Shown here: positions 19,498-28,695 of the stretch, in pieces
Numbering within the stretch: position 1 is the stretch's first letter
How the letters are laid out: each line of letters begins with the position of its first letter
Assembly (NCBI GenBank): GCA_011364905.1
Contig: RDNZ01000016.1
Location: 10,830-57,070, forward strand
DNA from: Candidatus Thorarchaeota archaeon
Lineage (GTDB): Archaea > Asgardarchaeota > Thorarchaeia > Thorarchaeales > Thorarchaeaceae
Direction: 5' to 3'
Length of the DNA: 46,241 nt
Notes under the pieces: model-generated
What the model was told of the DNA's origin: nothing
Databases searched by the model: none
Seen by the model: only the letters and a program-made list of their open reading frames with translations
Position numbers and translations under genes: made by a program

Positions 19498-19605
19498 TTT
19501 CTCTAAACTCCGATTCTGTTATCCTAACACGTAGAACTCGGCAGTATTTAGACAATTGGTATGACAAAGAGGTTTAAATCGCACCCAGCAAACTGAGGCG
19601 GAAAG

Positions 19606-20361
19606 ATGGCGCTTCAGATAGGATCGAACCAAAGTAGATTCGTAGCATTTGTGGCCACTTTCACAGCCATGATAGCTGTCCTAGATGTGATTCCAACTCT
19701 TCCAACATTCTATGCCGGAATATGGGACAGCTGGCCCTTTCTTCTTAGTCCAATAATCGGGATCCTGTTAGGTCCATATCTTGGAGCCTTGTCTGTTGGA
19801 CTTGGTAGTTTTCTGGGGCATGTGATCTACTTTCGTGACCCTACTGAGATGCTATTCATGCTGGGATTGCCCTTGGGAGCTGCAATAGCAGGCTTTGTGT
19901 ATCAACACCGGTGGAAACCAGTATTTGGTATCTACACACTAATGCTTCTCGGTTACTTCGTCTATCCCGTTTCTTGGGGGCTCCCGCTTTGGGGAATCTG
20001 GGACATTCTCGTTGGATTTGTGATTGTGTTGATTTATTCTGTAGTAACAATGAGAGATGTCTGGTCCAATTCGAGTGAATCCTACAAGTTGCTCTTACTG
20101 GTTTTCTGCTCGGTGATTGCACTAGAAACTGATATTCTATTTCGGGTATTCGTGCTAGTGCCGGGGCAAGCCTACTGGTTCTTCTACGGATGGACACCTA
20201 TTAATCTCTATTACCTTTGGCTAGGTGCTGGATTCATTACTCCAATTAAAGTCCTGATGGCAACAATAGTCACTACCACTCTTGGACGACAGGTGCTGCG
20301 AGTTCTTGAAACGCATGGTGAGATGATCCCCATGGATAAGGAAACAGCAACACCCACCTAA
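19606..20361 (+). CDS. ECF transporter S-component-like membrane protein
   Basis: AFVATFTAM..., IIGILLGPYLGA..VGLGSFLG pattern; about 7 TM. Confidence 0.6.
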   Translation: MALQIGSNQSRFVAFVATFTAMIAVLDVIPTLPTFYAGIWDSWPFLLSPIIGILLGPYLGALSVGLGSFLGHVIYFRDPTEMLFMLGLPLGAAIAGFVYQHRWKPVFGIYTLMLLGYFVYPVSWGLPLWGIWDILVGFVIVLIYSVVTMRDVWSNSSESYKLLLLVFCSVIALETDILFRVFVLVPGQAYWFFYGWTPINLYYLWLGAGFITPIKVLMATIVTTTLGRQVLRVLETHGEMIPMDKETATPT

Positions 20362-20615
20362 GTAGGAGCTTTCGCTGAATCTGAAAGAATTCCATCTTGT
20401 CGCATGGGGAACCAACCTGCCCAAGAGAGCATGAAAAAGACCACAATGGTGATTATAGCCCAAGAACCGTATGCAACAATCTCGTAAAGTGGGTAGTGAG
20501 TTGAGATTCCAATCAATGGGAAGACATAGATGTCAATGAGAATCCAAGCAATAAACAGAGAAACTGCACCTACTGTTCCAATGATACGTCTGCGACTACC
20601 AGGTTCTAGACTCAT
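20358..20615 (-). CDS. Small two-TM membrane protein
   Basis: MSLEPGSRRR followed by two hydrophobic helices. Confidence 0.55.
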   Translation of the reverse strand: MSLEPGSRRRIIGTVGAVSLFIAWILIDIYVFPLIGISTHYPLYEIVAYGSWAIITIVVFFMLSWAGWFPMRQDGILSDSAKAPT

Positions 20616-20708
20616 TTTTCTCACTATAAATGTCGCAGGATGTGATGGTTTTCTATGTTGTCCTATGGTCAATTTGTTGTGTGTGTGTACAGGGACTTGT
20701 CAGTCGAA

Positions 20709-21410
20709 TCAGTGATGCAAGTTCATCAACCAGTGATGTACTGGAGCGATCCTGACAGCATGTTCATAGCAGGTTTCAACAAGCTCTGGTCTTTTCAATA
20801 CGCTTATGGAGATCTTAGGTGAACTGATATACAATCCGTCATGTTTGAGTAGTTTTGCTCTTGGGTGGGCAACATCATATCCTTTCGGAACACGTTTGTA
20901 ATGCTCCCCGCCAATCTCGAATCCAGGTTGAGCCCTAATCTCATCAATTAAGTTTGCTAGACGCACACCTGATTTCTCATTATCCACTGCCGCTCTAAAG
21001 GCATCTTGTGTGGGCTTAACAAACTTGTAGAGGCCTCCAAGTAGCTGGCCTCCAGTATCATCCAATCCGAAGAAGAACCCCGGATATCCACTTTTTTCGC
21101 CTTTCCCCTCGTTAAACCTGAATCGAAGCCGAGTATTGTAAGGAGTCTTGTCTTTGCTGAAACGGGTGTCACGGTGTATACGTAGTATTGACCCTCTACC
21201 GTTCGTACGAGTGTCGTATGTGAATCCTTTTGATATCCCCTTCAGGCGCTCACCAAGAGCAACCACAAAGGTCTGAGCAGGTCTTAGAACATATTCTTCA
21301 TACTGATCTTTGTTCTCGTTGAACCACTCTCTGTTGTTATTCTCCTTGAGTTCTTTGAAGAATCTCAGAGTTTCCTTTGGAAATCCGACAAACTTTGGAA
21401 TCTCTTCCAT
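20709..21410 (-). CDS. DUF2461 (TIGR02453) family protein
   Basis: FFKELKENNNREWF, RIHRDTRFSKDKTPY, KRVPKGY..HP..LLK. Confidence 0.9.
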   Translation of the reverse strand: MEEIPKFVGFPKETLRFFKELKENNNREWFNENKDQYEEYVLRPAQTFVVALGERLKGISKGFTYDTRTNGRGSILRIHRDTRFSKDKTPYNTRLRFRFNEGKGEKSGYPGFFFGLDDTGGQLLGGLYKFVKPTQDAFRAAVDNEKSGVRLANLIDEIRAQPGFEIGGEHYKRVPKGYDVAHPRAKLLKHDGLYISSPKISISVLKRPELVETCYEHAVRIAPVHHWLMNLHH

Positions 21411-21598
21411 GACCTTCTTCTCCAACAGACAAAACAATAGTTAAAACAAATAATATGTTTTCAGGTCTGTGTTTTTGAAGTTGTTCATATTTCTTTGATA
21501 ATGCGTACTATATAGTCGTGAGAGATTCACGCTCAAAAAACTCCTGCATTGGAGAATAGATAGTTTGGTACTTCGACCAAATGAGGGTTGTTAAGAAT

Positions 21599-21635
21599 AA
21601 AAAATAGAGAAGGAGAGGCCCTAGTGGGCACTCTC
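21599..21635 (-). terminator. Hairpin plus U-tract downstream of acs
   Basis: Minus strand GAGAGTGCCC-ACTA-GGGCCTCTC followed by CTTCTCTATTTTTT. Confidence 0.55.
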
Positions 21636-21647
21636 ATTTTATTATTC

Positions 21648-23639
21648 CTATTTGATTCGCTCTCGGACCAGGGTTTCAACGACTGTTGGGTCTGCCAGGG
21701 TCGTGGTGTCGCCAAGGTCGTCGATTTGACCTGCTGCGATCTTCTTGAGGATTCGTCTCATGATCTTGCCTGAGCGAGTCTTCGGTAAGGCATCAGCCCA
21801 CTGAATCTTCTCGGGAGTCGCGATTGGACCAACATCAGAACGAACGTGATTCTTGAGTTCAGCCTTGAGGGCTTCGGTCTTCTCCACGCCCATCTTCAGT
21901 GTGACGAAAACATAGATTGATTCACCCTTGATATCGTGGGGGAACCCAACAACAGCACACTCTGCTACTGCAGGATGCTTGACCAAAGAGGACTCAATCT
22001 CAGCAGTTCCGAGTCTGTGACCTGACACCTTTAAAACATCGTCAAGGCGGCCCATCACAAAGATGTAGCCATCCTCGTTGAAGCGGGACCCATCACCAGT
22101 ATAGTACATGGGTTCACCGTTGTCAGGATTCTTGAACTGAGACCAATAGGTGTCCACGAATCGCTTGTGGTCCCCATAGACTGTTCTCATGAGACCTGGC
22201 CAGGGTTTTTTCATACAGAGATAGCCACCCTCATTCGCACCAACGGGAACACCATCTTCTGCAACGATGATTGGATCAACTCCGAAGTATGGAAATGTTG
22301 CTGAACCAGGGATGGTTGGAGTTGCTCCAGGGAGCGGAGTGACAATTACACCACCGGTTTCAGTCTGCCAGTACGTGTCAACGATTGGACACTTCTCCTT
22401 ACCAATCATCTTGTGGTACCAGACCCAAGCTTCTGGGTTTATTGGCTCACCAACTGTGCCAAGCAGGTTCAAAGACGACAGGTCATGCTTCAGCACAGGT
22501 TCGTCACCGAAACGCATCAGAGCACGGATAGCGGTTGGAGCTGTATAGAACTGGTTGACCTTCCATCTCTCAACCTCTAGCCAAAAGCGGTCGTTGTCAG
22601 GATAGGTTGGCACTGACTCGAACATTAGTGTCGTGGCACCGGCTGAGAGCGGCCCATAGACAATGTATGAGTGCCCGGTTATCCAGCCGATATCGGCCGT
22701 GCACCAATAGACGTCGCCCTCATGCCAGTCGAAAATGTGCTTGAAGGTGTGGGTCACATAAGTCATGTATCCGCCAGTTGTGTGAAGTACACCCTTTGGC
22801 TTCCCAGTTGATCCGGAGGTGTACAGAATAAAGAGAGGATCCTCAGCATTCATCCACTCAGGGTCACACTTGTCATCGACCTTTTCATATTCCTCGTGAT
22901 ACCAGACATCTCGGCCCTCAGTCCATGGAACATCAATTCCAACTCTCTTGACGACAAGTACTTTCTCAACCATATCTAGATCAGCAACAGCAGTATCAGC
23001 GCCCGCTTTCTGTGGAATGACCTTCCCAGCTCGGTAGTAGCCATCTGCTGTGACAAGTAGTTTTCCCTCACAGTCAATAATCCTGTCTTTGACGGAGTCT
23101 GCACTGAAACCACCAAAGACAATGCTGTGAACAGCACCAATCCTGACACAAGCTAGCATGATGATTGCTAGTTCAGGGATCATTGGAAGGTACATAGTTA
23201 TCCTGTCGCCCTTCTTTATACCGAGGTTCTTTAGGACGTTCGCTGCTTTGTTGACCTCACTAAGGAGTTCACTGTATGTATAAGTCTTAGACTCTTCAAG
23301 GGGTTCACCCTGCCAGATTAGAGCAACTTGGTCGCCCCTGCCTGCCTCAACATGTTTGTCAAGACAGTTGTAAGCCATGTTGGTCACACCATCTTTGAAC
23401 CAAGTGAATCGTATGTCCTTGATGTCCTCCCACTCAAATCCTATAGTTGGTTCTTTCTTCCAGTAACATAATTCCTTCGTTGCCTTGAGCCAGAATTCAT
23501 CAGGGTTTTCGACTGACTCCTTCCAAATCTTCATTCGCTCATCATGGCTTTTCACATAAGCCTTGTCAACGAAGCTCTTTGGAGGATTAAAACGCCTTTC
23601 TTCTTGGCTATAAACAGTAATTTTCTTTTCTTCAGACAA
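21648..23639 (-). CDS. acs: Acetyl-CoA synthetase (AMP-forming)
   Basis: YTSGSTGKPKG, WCTADIGWITGHSY, GEPINPEAW, DTYWQTETG, PKTRSGKIMRR; TTG start after GGTGA. Confidence 0.96.
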   Translation of the reverse strand: MSEEKKITVYSQEERRFNPPKSFVDKAYVKSHDERMKIWKESVENPDEFWLKATKELCYWKKEPTIGFEWEDIKDIRFTWFKDGVTNMAYNCLDKHVEAGRGDQVALIWQGEPLEESKTYTYSELLSEVNKAANVLKNLGIKKGDRITMYLPMIPELAIIMLACVRIGAVHSIVFGGFSADSVKDRIIDCEGKLLVTADGYYRAGKVIPQKAGADTAVADLDMVEKVLVVKRVGIDVPWTEGRDVWYHEEYEKVDDKCDPEWMNAEDPLFILYTSGSTGKPKGVLHTTGGYMTYVTHTFKHIFDWHEGDVYWCTADIGWITGHSYIVYGPLSAGATTLMFESVPTYPDNDRFWLEVERWKVNQFYTAPTAIRALMRFGDEPVLKHDLSSLNLLGTVGEPINPEAWVWYHKMIGKEKCPIVDTYWQTETGGVIVTPLPGATPTIPGSATFPYFGVDPIIVAEDGVPVGANEGGYLCMKKPWPGLMRTVYGDHKRFVDTYWSQFKNPDNGEPMYYTGDGSRFNEDGYIFVMGRLDDVLKVSGHRLGTAEIESSLVKHPAVAECAVVGFPHDIKGESIYVFVTLKMGVEKTEALKAELKNHVRSDVGPIATPEKIQWADALPKTRSGKIMRRILKKIAAGQIDDLGDTTTLADPTVVETLVRERIK

Positions 23640-23737
23640 GTGCGTCACCTAATACCATCAATTCGATGGCCGACGAGCTAAGAATTTAGTATATGAAGAT
23701 TGTCAAATGCCACTTGTTTTTCTTGAAAATCGATTGA

Positions 23738-23841
23738 TTGCAAAGAGCTCTGCAAATGACGGCTGGCGAAAGCATTCCTGCTGAGAGCCTTTCGTCTGGA
23801 TACAACGTAAGCAAAGCCGCTTGCAAATGCCTATATGCAAG
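23738..23841. promoter_or_regulatory. Repeated operator-like boxes (TTGCA-N8-TGCAA) in the divergent acs / CoA-transferase promoter region
   Basis: TTGCA-AAGAGCTC-TGCAA at 23738-23755; AAGCA-AAGCCGCT-TGCAA at 23809-23826, abutting a TATA-like CTATAT. Confidence 0.45.
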
Positions 23842-23876
23842 TTCTTAGCGAGAGAGTTGCCAACAAGGGGCGATAA

Positions 23877-25766
23877 ATGATGAGTGTGACAGAGTGGACT
23901 CAAAAATACAAGAAAAAAGTTGTAAGCGCGTCAAAGGCAATTCAGAGCATTAAACGCGGCGCAAGAATCTTCCTAGGGACCGGCTGTGGAGTGCCTTATC
24001 ACCTTGTTCAGGAACTGGCAAAACATGCAGGACAAATGGCGGACAATGAAATTGTTCACCTGCTCACACTTGGCGATACACCGTCAGCAGACCCAAAGTT
24101 CCAGAATGAGTTTCGACACAACACTTTCTTTGTGAGTCAAAATATACGTGAAGCTGTGTCAGAAGGACGAGCTGATTATACGCCCATCATGCTCTCAGAT
24201 ATCCCTGAATTGTTTAGGCAAAGGAGGATGCCTCTTGATGTTGCAATGATTCAGATCAGCCCTCCTGACAGGAATGGGTACAGCTCTTTGGGTATCTCTG
24301 TGGATATTACCAAGTCAGCTGCAGAGAGCGCAGACATTGTCATTGCCCAGGTAAATGAGAAGATGCCCATCACACACGGTGACTCATTCATAGATGTCAG
24401 GGATATCGATTTCCTCGTACCACACAATGAGCCACTGAGAGAGTTTCAGGCTGCTGAAATCGACGAAACAATTGACAAGATAGGGCGTTACGTCGCTAGG
24501 CTTGTTGAGAACGAATCAACCCTCGAGCTTGGGATTGGTGCACTGCCTCAGTCGGTATGTAATAACCTGTTGGAAACAAGTGTGAGAGACCTTGGAATCC
24601 ATACGGAAATGTTCAGCGACAGTCTAATTCCATTGATTGAGCAAGGGATTGTCACTAACAAGAAAAAGACCCTCCACCGAGGGAAAGTAATAGCTAGTTT
24701 TGCAATGGGTTCTGAGAAGTTGTATGACTATATCAATGACAATCCTATGTTTCAGTTTCATGATACTGCATATGTGAACGATCCATACGTCATTGGACAG
24801 AACAATAAGATGATAGCTATAAACTCAGCTCTTGAGGTGGACCTCACCGGACAGGTATGCGCAGACTCGATTGGACCCAGATTCTACAGTGGTATCGGAG
24901 GACAAGTGGACTTCATACGTGGTGCTAAGAGGTCGGAAGGAGGCAAAGCTGTCATTTGTATGGTCTCTACGGCGATGGATGGTCAAGTATCCAGAATCGT
25001 CCCGCGTCTGAGTGAAGGTGCTGGAGTTGTGACCACTCGCGGAGATGTGGATGTTGTAATTACTGAATATGGCTTTGCTACGTTACATGGCAAGACGATC
25101 AGGGAACGTGCTCTCTCGCTGATTGCTATTGCGCATCCCAAATTTAGAAACGATTTACTCGAAGCCGCTAAGAAGATGCAGTATGTCTTTGAGGATCAAG
25201 TCCCATTCCTTGTTCAGGGAACATATTTCGCCACAGAATATGAAACGCAAGAAACTTTCAAGACTGCAGATGGACCTCTTGAGGTTCAGTTCAGACTAAT
25301 AAGACCAGATGATGCTGATAGAATCAAAGAGCTGTTCTATGACTTGAGTGAAGAGAGCATCTATTTCAGATTCCTCACTCCGCTGAAGTCGTTACGGAGA
25401 CAAACGCTTCAAGACTTCTATAATGTTGATCAAGCAAGCGATATCAGTGTGGTCGCAGTTATACAGGGAAGCGAAGAGGGAGATGTTGAAAAGATCATTG
25501 GTGCTGGAAGATACCTTCTGAACAGAAATACAAACGAAGCTGAGTTTGCTTTGCTTGTTCAGGATGATTATCAGGGAATCGGAATTGGTACATTTCTTCT
25601 TAACCATCTCATGAGAATTGCCAAGAGTAAGGGTGTTGAGGCGTTTATTGCCTTTGTTCACCCACAGAATCAACCTATGATTCGATTCATTCACAAGACC
25701 GGAAAGGTTGTTGAGAGTAGACTTTCAATCCAGGATGAGGAGTATCTGTTTCGACTCAAGCTGTAA
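23877..25766 (+). CDS. Acetyl-CoA hydrolase/CoA-transferase fused to a C-terminal GNAT acetyltransferase
   Basis: LGIGALP, DLGIHTEM, SGIGGQVDF, VITEYG; C-terminal LSEESIYFRF, AEFALLVQDDYQGIGIGT, N.PMI GNAT motifs. Confidence 0.9.
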   Translation: MMSVTEWTQKYKKKVVSASKAIQSIKRGARIFLGTGCGVPYHLVQELAKHAGQMADNEIVHLLTLGDTPSADPKFQNEFRHNTFFVSQNIREAVSEGRADYTPIMLSDIPELFRQRRMPLDVAMIQISPPDRNGYSSLGISVDITKSAAESADIVIAQVNEKMPITHGDSFIDVRDIDFLVPHNEPLREFQAAEIDETIDKIGRYVARLVENESTLELGIGALPQSVCNNLLETSVRDLGIHTEMFSDSLIPLIEQGIVTNKKKTLHRGKVIASFAMGSEKLYDYINDNPMFQFHDTAYVNDPYVIGQNNKMIAINSALEVDLTGQVCADSIGPRFYSGIGGQVDFIRGAKRSEGGKAVICMVSTAMDGQVSRIVPRLSEGAGVVTTRGDVDVVITEYGFATLHGKTIRERALSLIAIAHPKFRNDLLEAAKKMQYVFEDQVPFLVQGTYFATEYETQETFKTADGPLEVQFRLIRPDDADRIKELFYDLSEESIYFRFLTPLKSLRRQTLQDFYNVDQASDISVVAVIQGSEEGDVEKIIGAGRYLLNRNTNEAEFALLVQDDYQGIGIGTFLLNHLMRIAKSKGVEAFIAFVHPQNQPMIRFIHKTGKVVESRLSIQDEEYLFRLKL

Positions 25767-25829
25767 TGACATGTAAGAGAATAGATTCCATGGATGCGTG
25801 ATTAACACGCAAAAAGGATCGTTTGGACA

Positions 25830-26651
25830 CTAAATGTACGTGTGACGAATCTGAGCAGGACGACCCTTGACATGAATTGTTTCAAGAAAGGTTGTCATCG
25901 AATCGTTTGGAAACTCATACCCCTGATCGAGAATCTGCTGTTTCAAGGTCTTGAATAACTCCAAGACTGTTTCAAATTTCGGATCATCCAAAACGCTGCA
26001 GAACAACCTGTAGGTTTCTTCGGACATGCCCATCTGCTTTACGTGAGGGGTCCACCATTTAAGAGGTGGTGTCCACGACTTCTGCATCGTGAACCATAGA
26101 TTGACCGCTGCCACTACAGCACGAAACACGTTCAATTTGGAGTCATACATGAATCCTCTTCGTTGGTTGATGTCGGCATATCCTAGAGATCCGAGTAGGG
26201 TGCAGTACTTGTTCTTAAGTCGGTCGAGGTGTTCCTCCTCGGGATATCTTGCCAGCTTCTGTCGCCACTCCTCTAGTTTACCTGTTGGGTCGTGAATCAC
26301 AACACCTTCGACATATGGAAAGTGATCCATATCCAGTGGAGAATCAACCTGTTGTCTGAACCAAGCATCAGATATCGGAGAGAAATCGATCACCAACTTG
26401 CGAGGCTCGACTGATTCATCGAACTCAAGCCAAAGGGTATCTTTCAACTCAAGACTGTCATAGTACTCCTCGGTGACATAGATTAGGGCGTCCCAGTCGG
26501 TGGTTGGAGCACCAAATCCAGTGGCTCTACTCCCCCATAACATAACGCCAAGCACATGTGGCTCCTTTACAAGACCCTCAAGACGTTCGCGGACTATCTT
26601 GTCATCTATTTCTTCAATGCTTTTTACAATAGGAATCTTGTTTTCGATCAC
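25830..26651 (-). CDS. Nucleotidyltransferase-domain (DUF4037-like) protein
   Basis: GVMLWGSRATG...TDWD pol-beta NTase motif; IHDPTG..L..W; PPLKW. Confidence 0.7.
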   Translation of the reverse strand: MIENKIPIVKSIEEIDDKIVRERLEGLVKEPHVLGVMLWGSRATGFGAPTTDWDALIYVTEEYYDSLELKDTLWLEFDESVEPRKLVIDFSPISDAWFRQQVDSPLDMDHFPYVEGVVIHDPTGKLEEWRQKLARYPEEEHLDRLKNKYCTLLGSLGYADINQRRGFMYDSKLNVFRAVVAAVNLWFTMQKSWTPPLKWWTPHVKQMGMSEETYRLFCSVLDDPKFETVLELFKTLKQQILDQGYEFPNDSMTTFLETIHVKGRPAQIRHTYI

Positions 26652-26710
26652 CAGATATCGCCTTAGTCAATTTCGAATGTATCCGTCATTAAAGCGTGAT
26701 TGTCTGCGCC

Positions 26711-26795
26711 AAAAAGAGTGAAGGCGCCACTCCGCCGGGAAGCGGGAACGACAGACACTAGAAGTCGTGAATAGGGACCGTGGCGCTCAACATAC
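26711..26795 (-). ncRNA. Putative structured small RNA (three-way junction)
   Basis: GC-rich intergenic element; closing stem GCGCCAC/GTGGCGC, internal hairpins ACGAC/GTCGT and CCGC/GCGG; TTATTA box upstream and U-tract downstream on the minus strand. Confidence 0.45.
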
Positions 26796-26868
26796 ATGGA
26801 TTCTGTTCCTATCTAATAAGCACCTAGAAGTTTGGCGAGGTTAAATTGAAACCATCAGACTAGATTCC

Positions 26869-27060
26869 ATGACAGACACTGCGTTCCTTTCACTTGTGAG
26901 AAAATTCACAAAAGAGCAACTCCAGGCTATTGAGTCAATCCTTAATGTTCTCGACCCGGAGGAGTTTCGTGACTATCACGATCAGTTCGGTGTCTGTAAT
27001 GCACCAGACCGAATCGAACTGCTTAGGAGAGAGATACATTCCGCTTTAGAAAGGAGATGA
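26869..27060 (+). CDS. Small hypothetical protein (63 aa)
   Basis: Fills an intergenic gap; TTAAAT box upstream; helical composition. Confidence 0.5.
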   Translation: MTDTAFLSLVRKFTKEQLQAIESILNVLDPEEFRDYHDQFGVCNAPDRIELLRREIHSALERR

Positions 27061-27061
27061 A

Positions 27062-27313
27062 CTACACGACCACAAACGCAGGTGGAAACAGGACAAAATA
27101 CTCAATGACAATGGAAAGGACAATACCACCTAAGATGAGCCCTTTTCCTCTGTTCGGGTTGACATCCGTGAACCAGAGTATCGCACCAACGAGAACTACA
27201 ATGACTCCTGAGATCTGACCGATGAATATCAAGAAGTCCCAAATCTCAGCAAGGTAAAAACCAATCATCTGTGCAAAGTTCTGTAACGGAGATTGTAGTA
27301 GTACAAGATCCAT
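27062..27313 (-). CDS. Small hydrophobic hairpin protein, possibly VirB2/CedA1-like pilin fold
   Basis: 83 aa; two hydrophobic helices linked by NPNRGKG. Confidence 0.55.
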   Translation of the reverse strand: MDLVLLQSPLQNFAQMIGFYLAEIWDFLIFIGQISGVIVVLVGAILWFTDVNPNRGKGLILGGIVLSIVIEYFVLFPPAFVVV

Positions 27314-27403
27314 TCTCTCAACCCAAGAGATTGTGTGGCTTTCACGATTTAAGGTCCTAGAGAAGCCATTAGGGATACATGCCCTACAGAATTCAATATA
27401 CTA

Positions 27404-27832
27404 CTATAGTCTGTAATATCGCCTGGCACTTGGAATAGCCAGTGAGATGATCTCTGCTCCAGCAAAAACATCGATAATAGCAAAAAGAAGTTTTGAACTC
27501 ACATGTCCGGCATATGGCCAAAATGCAAGACTCTGGAACATAACCGGCGCCACCAATAGAATTACAATGCTCATAGAGATTCCGTAGAACCACAATATCT
27601 TACGCTCCTTCTTCATCCATCCTAGCATTATAATATCCATGAAACCCATTAAGTAGAAAACTGGTGGAAACGCGATGATCATAACGTCTATCGGCAGATG
27701 CGGACGATGGTCAAAATGAAAGATAATTACCCAATTGAAGACAATGAGCATCATTCCTCTGGTTGCCTGAAGTAGTGTACCTAATAGGACACTGTCCGGC
27801 CTCTTTGTTTGAACCTCAATAGTTGATTTCAA
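27404..27832 (-). CDS. Four-TM membrane protein, paralog of 29927-30367
   Basis: KRPDSVLLGTLLQATRG vs RKPDSVVVSTLLQADRG; IIDVFA vs IIDLFA; ARRYY vs AREFY; TTG start after GAGGGA. Confidence 0.75.
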   Translation of the reverse strand: MKSTIEVQTKRPDSVLLGTLLQATRGMMLIVFNWVIIFHFDHRPHLPIDVMIIAFPPVFYLMGFMDIIMLGWMKKERKILWFYGISMSIVILLVAPVMFQSLAFWPYAGHVSSKLLFAIIDVFAGAEIISLAIPSARRYYRL

Positions 27833-27894
27833 TATTCCCTCAGCCACCGGATAATTATGAACTCGAAATCTCTTTTGTTTTACGATGGGTTTAA

Positions 27895-27943
27895 AGAAAG
27901 TCCAGCAGAAGTGGTGGGCCCGGTGCAAAGTTCTGAAGCAGAG
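27895..27943 (-). repeat. tRNA-Ile 3'-end-derived repeat R3 (att-like junction)
   Basis: TGGTGGGCCCGG (27912-27923) is identical to the last 12 nt of tRNA-Ile; flanks are homologous to R1. Confidence 0.75.
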
Positions 27944-28070
27944 ATCAAATTGGTATCGGATTCATTTACTCTGCGTATTCAAAGCGCTTGCATGTTGATT
28001 CATGGTCTTGGAGGTTCTGGGTCGGAGTAACATCAATATGGTCTCATGTAACAATTGAACGAGGAGTTTC

Positions 28071-28412
28071 ATGAAGTTGATAGAAGAAAAAAATGGTGTC
28101 CCACAGAAATGCGTGTGGTGTGGTAAATCGGTCACGAGCGATACTTGGAGTGAGTACTGCTCTTTCAGATGTACTGCTGCTGGTAGGTATCGTATGTATG
28201 TGTTGCTTTCTATCATTGGTCCAATAATATTGACAATCATGTTGTTTGTGCTAGTTATGATGGAATTTGATTCATGGACTTATCTGCTAATACGCCCGAG
28301 TTTGTTATTTCCACTCTTTATTATTACTGGAGTGAGTATATTCTTCATTTATGGAACATATGTGGGAAGGATATTAAGAAACGAAAAACAAGTGGACACT
28401 ATAGAAAGTTAG
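28071..28412 (+). CDS. Zn-ribbon (CxxC...YCSxxC) plus two-TM protein
   Basis: CVWCG...YCSFRC followed by two hydrophobic helices (DUF2116/TRASH-like architecture). Confidence 0.7.
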   Translation: MKLIEEKNGVPQKCVWCGKSVTSDTWSEYCSFRCTAAGRYRMYVLLSIIGPIILTIMLFVLVMMEFDSWTYLLIRPSLLFPLFIITGVSIFFIYGTYVGRILRNEKQVDTIES

Positions 28413-28423
28413 TCAAACAAAAA

Positions 28424-28437
28424 CGGTGGACCCGGCG
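28424..28437 (-). repeat. tRNA-Ile 3'-end-derived repeat R2
   Basis: CGGTGGACCCGGCG, 12/14 identical to the tRNA-Ile end, preceded by the same AAAA flank. Confidence 0.6.
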
Positions 28438-28695
28438 GTTTAATCCTTCCCTGTCTTTTTCATTCTCAATTTTTCATTGGCTAGTGTATTCATTTAGCGC
28501 GGGGATTTGAGAGAACCGATAATTGGGGACAGACAGAATATATCAGGAGTTTAGATCCGTAATTGAAGAGGGTCCTGAGAAACTCTCTGGGGTGTCTAGA
28601 ATGCATTGTCGGGCAATCCCATATTTGTTGAAGAAGCAAAAGAACAAACACTTCATAAGATGGATTGCGTTGATTCCACCAGGGAGTCACTAATA

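Noticed and set aside
23756-23797. SECIS-like look (ATGA...AAA-GCATTCCTGC) between acs and the CoA-transferase gene
   Set aside because: No correctly placed 3' GA quartet, it is in a 5' intergenic position, and I found no in-frame UGA selenoprotein in the window
26724-26786. tRNA-Pyl or tRNA-Sec interpretation of the structured element (CTA in a loop)
   Set aside because: No T-loop consensus, no U33-anticodon geometry and no CCA; kept only as a generic ncRNA candidate
28497-28690. GCGGGGATTTGA T-arm-like word and possible decayed TPR coding remnant upstream of the TPR gene
   Set aside because: Too short and degenerate to distinguish from chance without alignment
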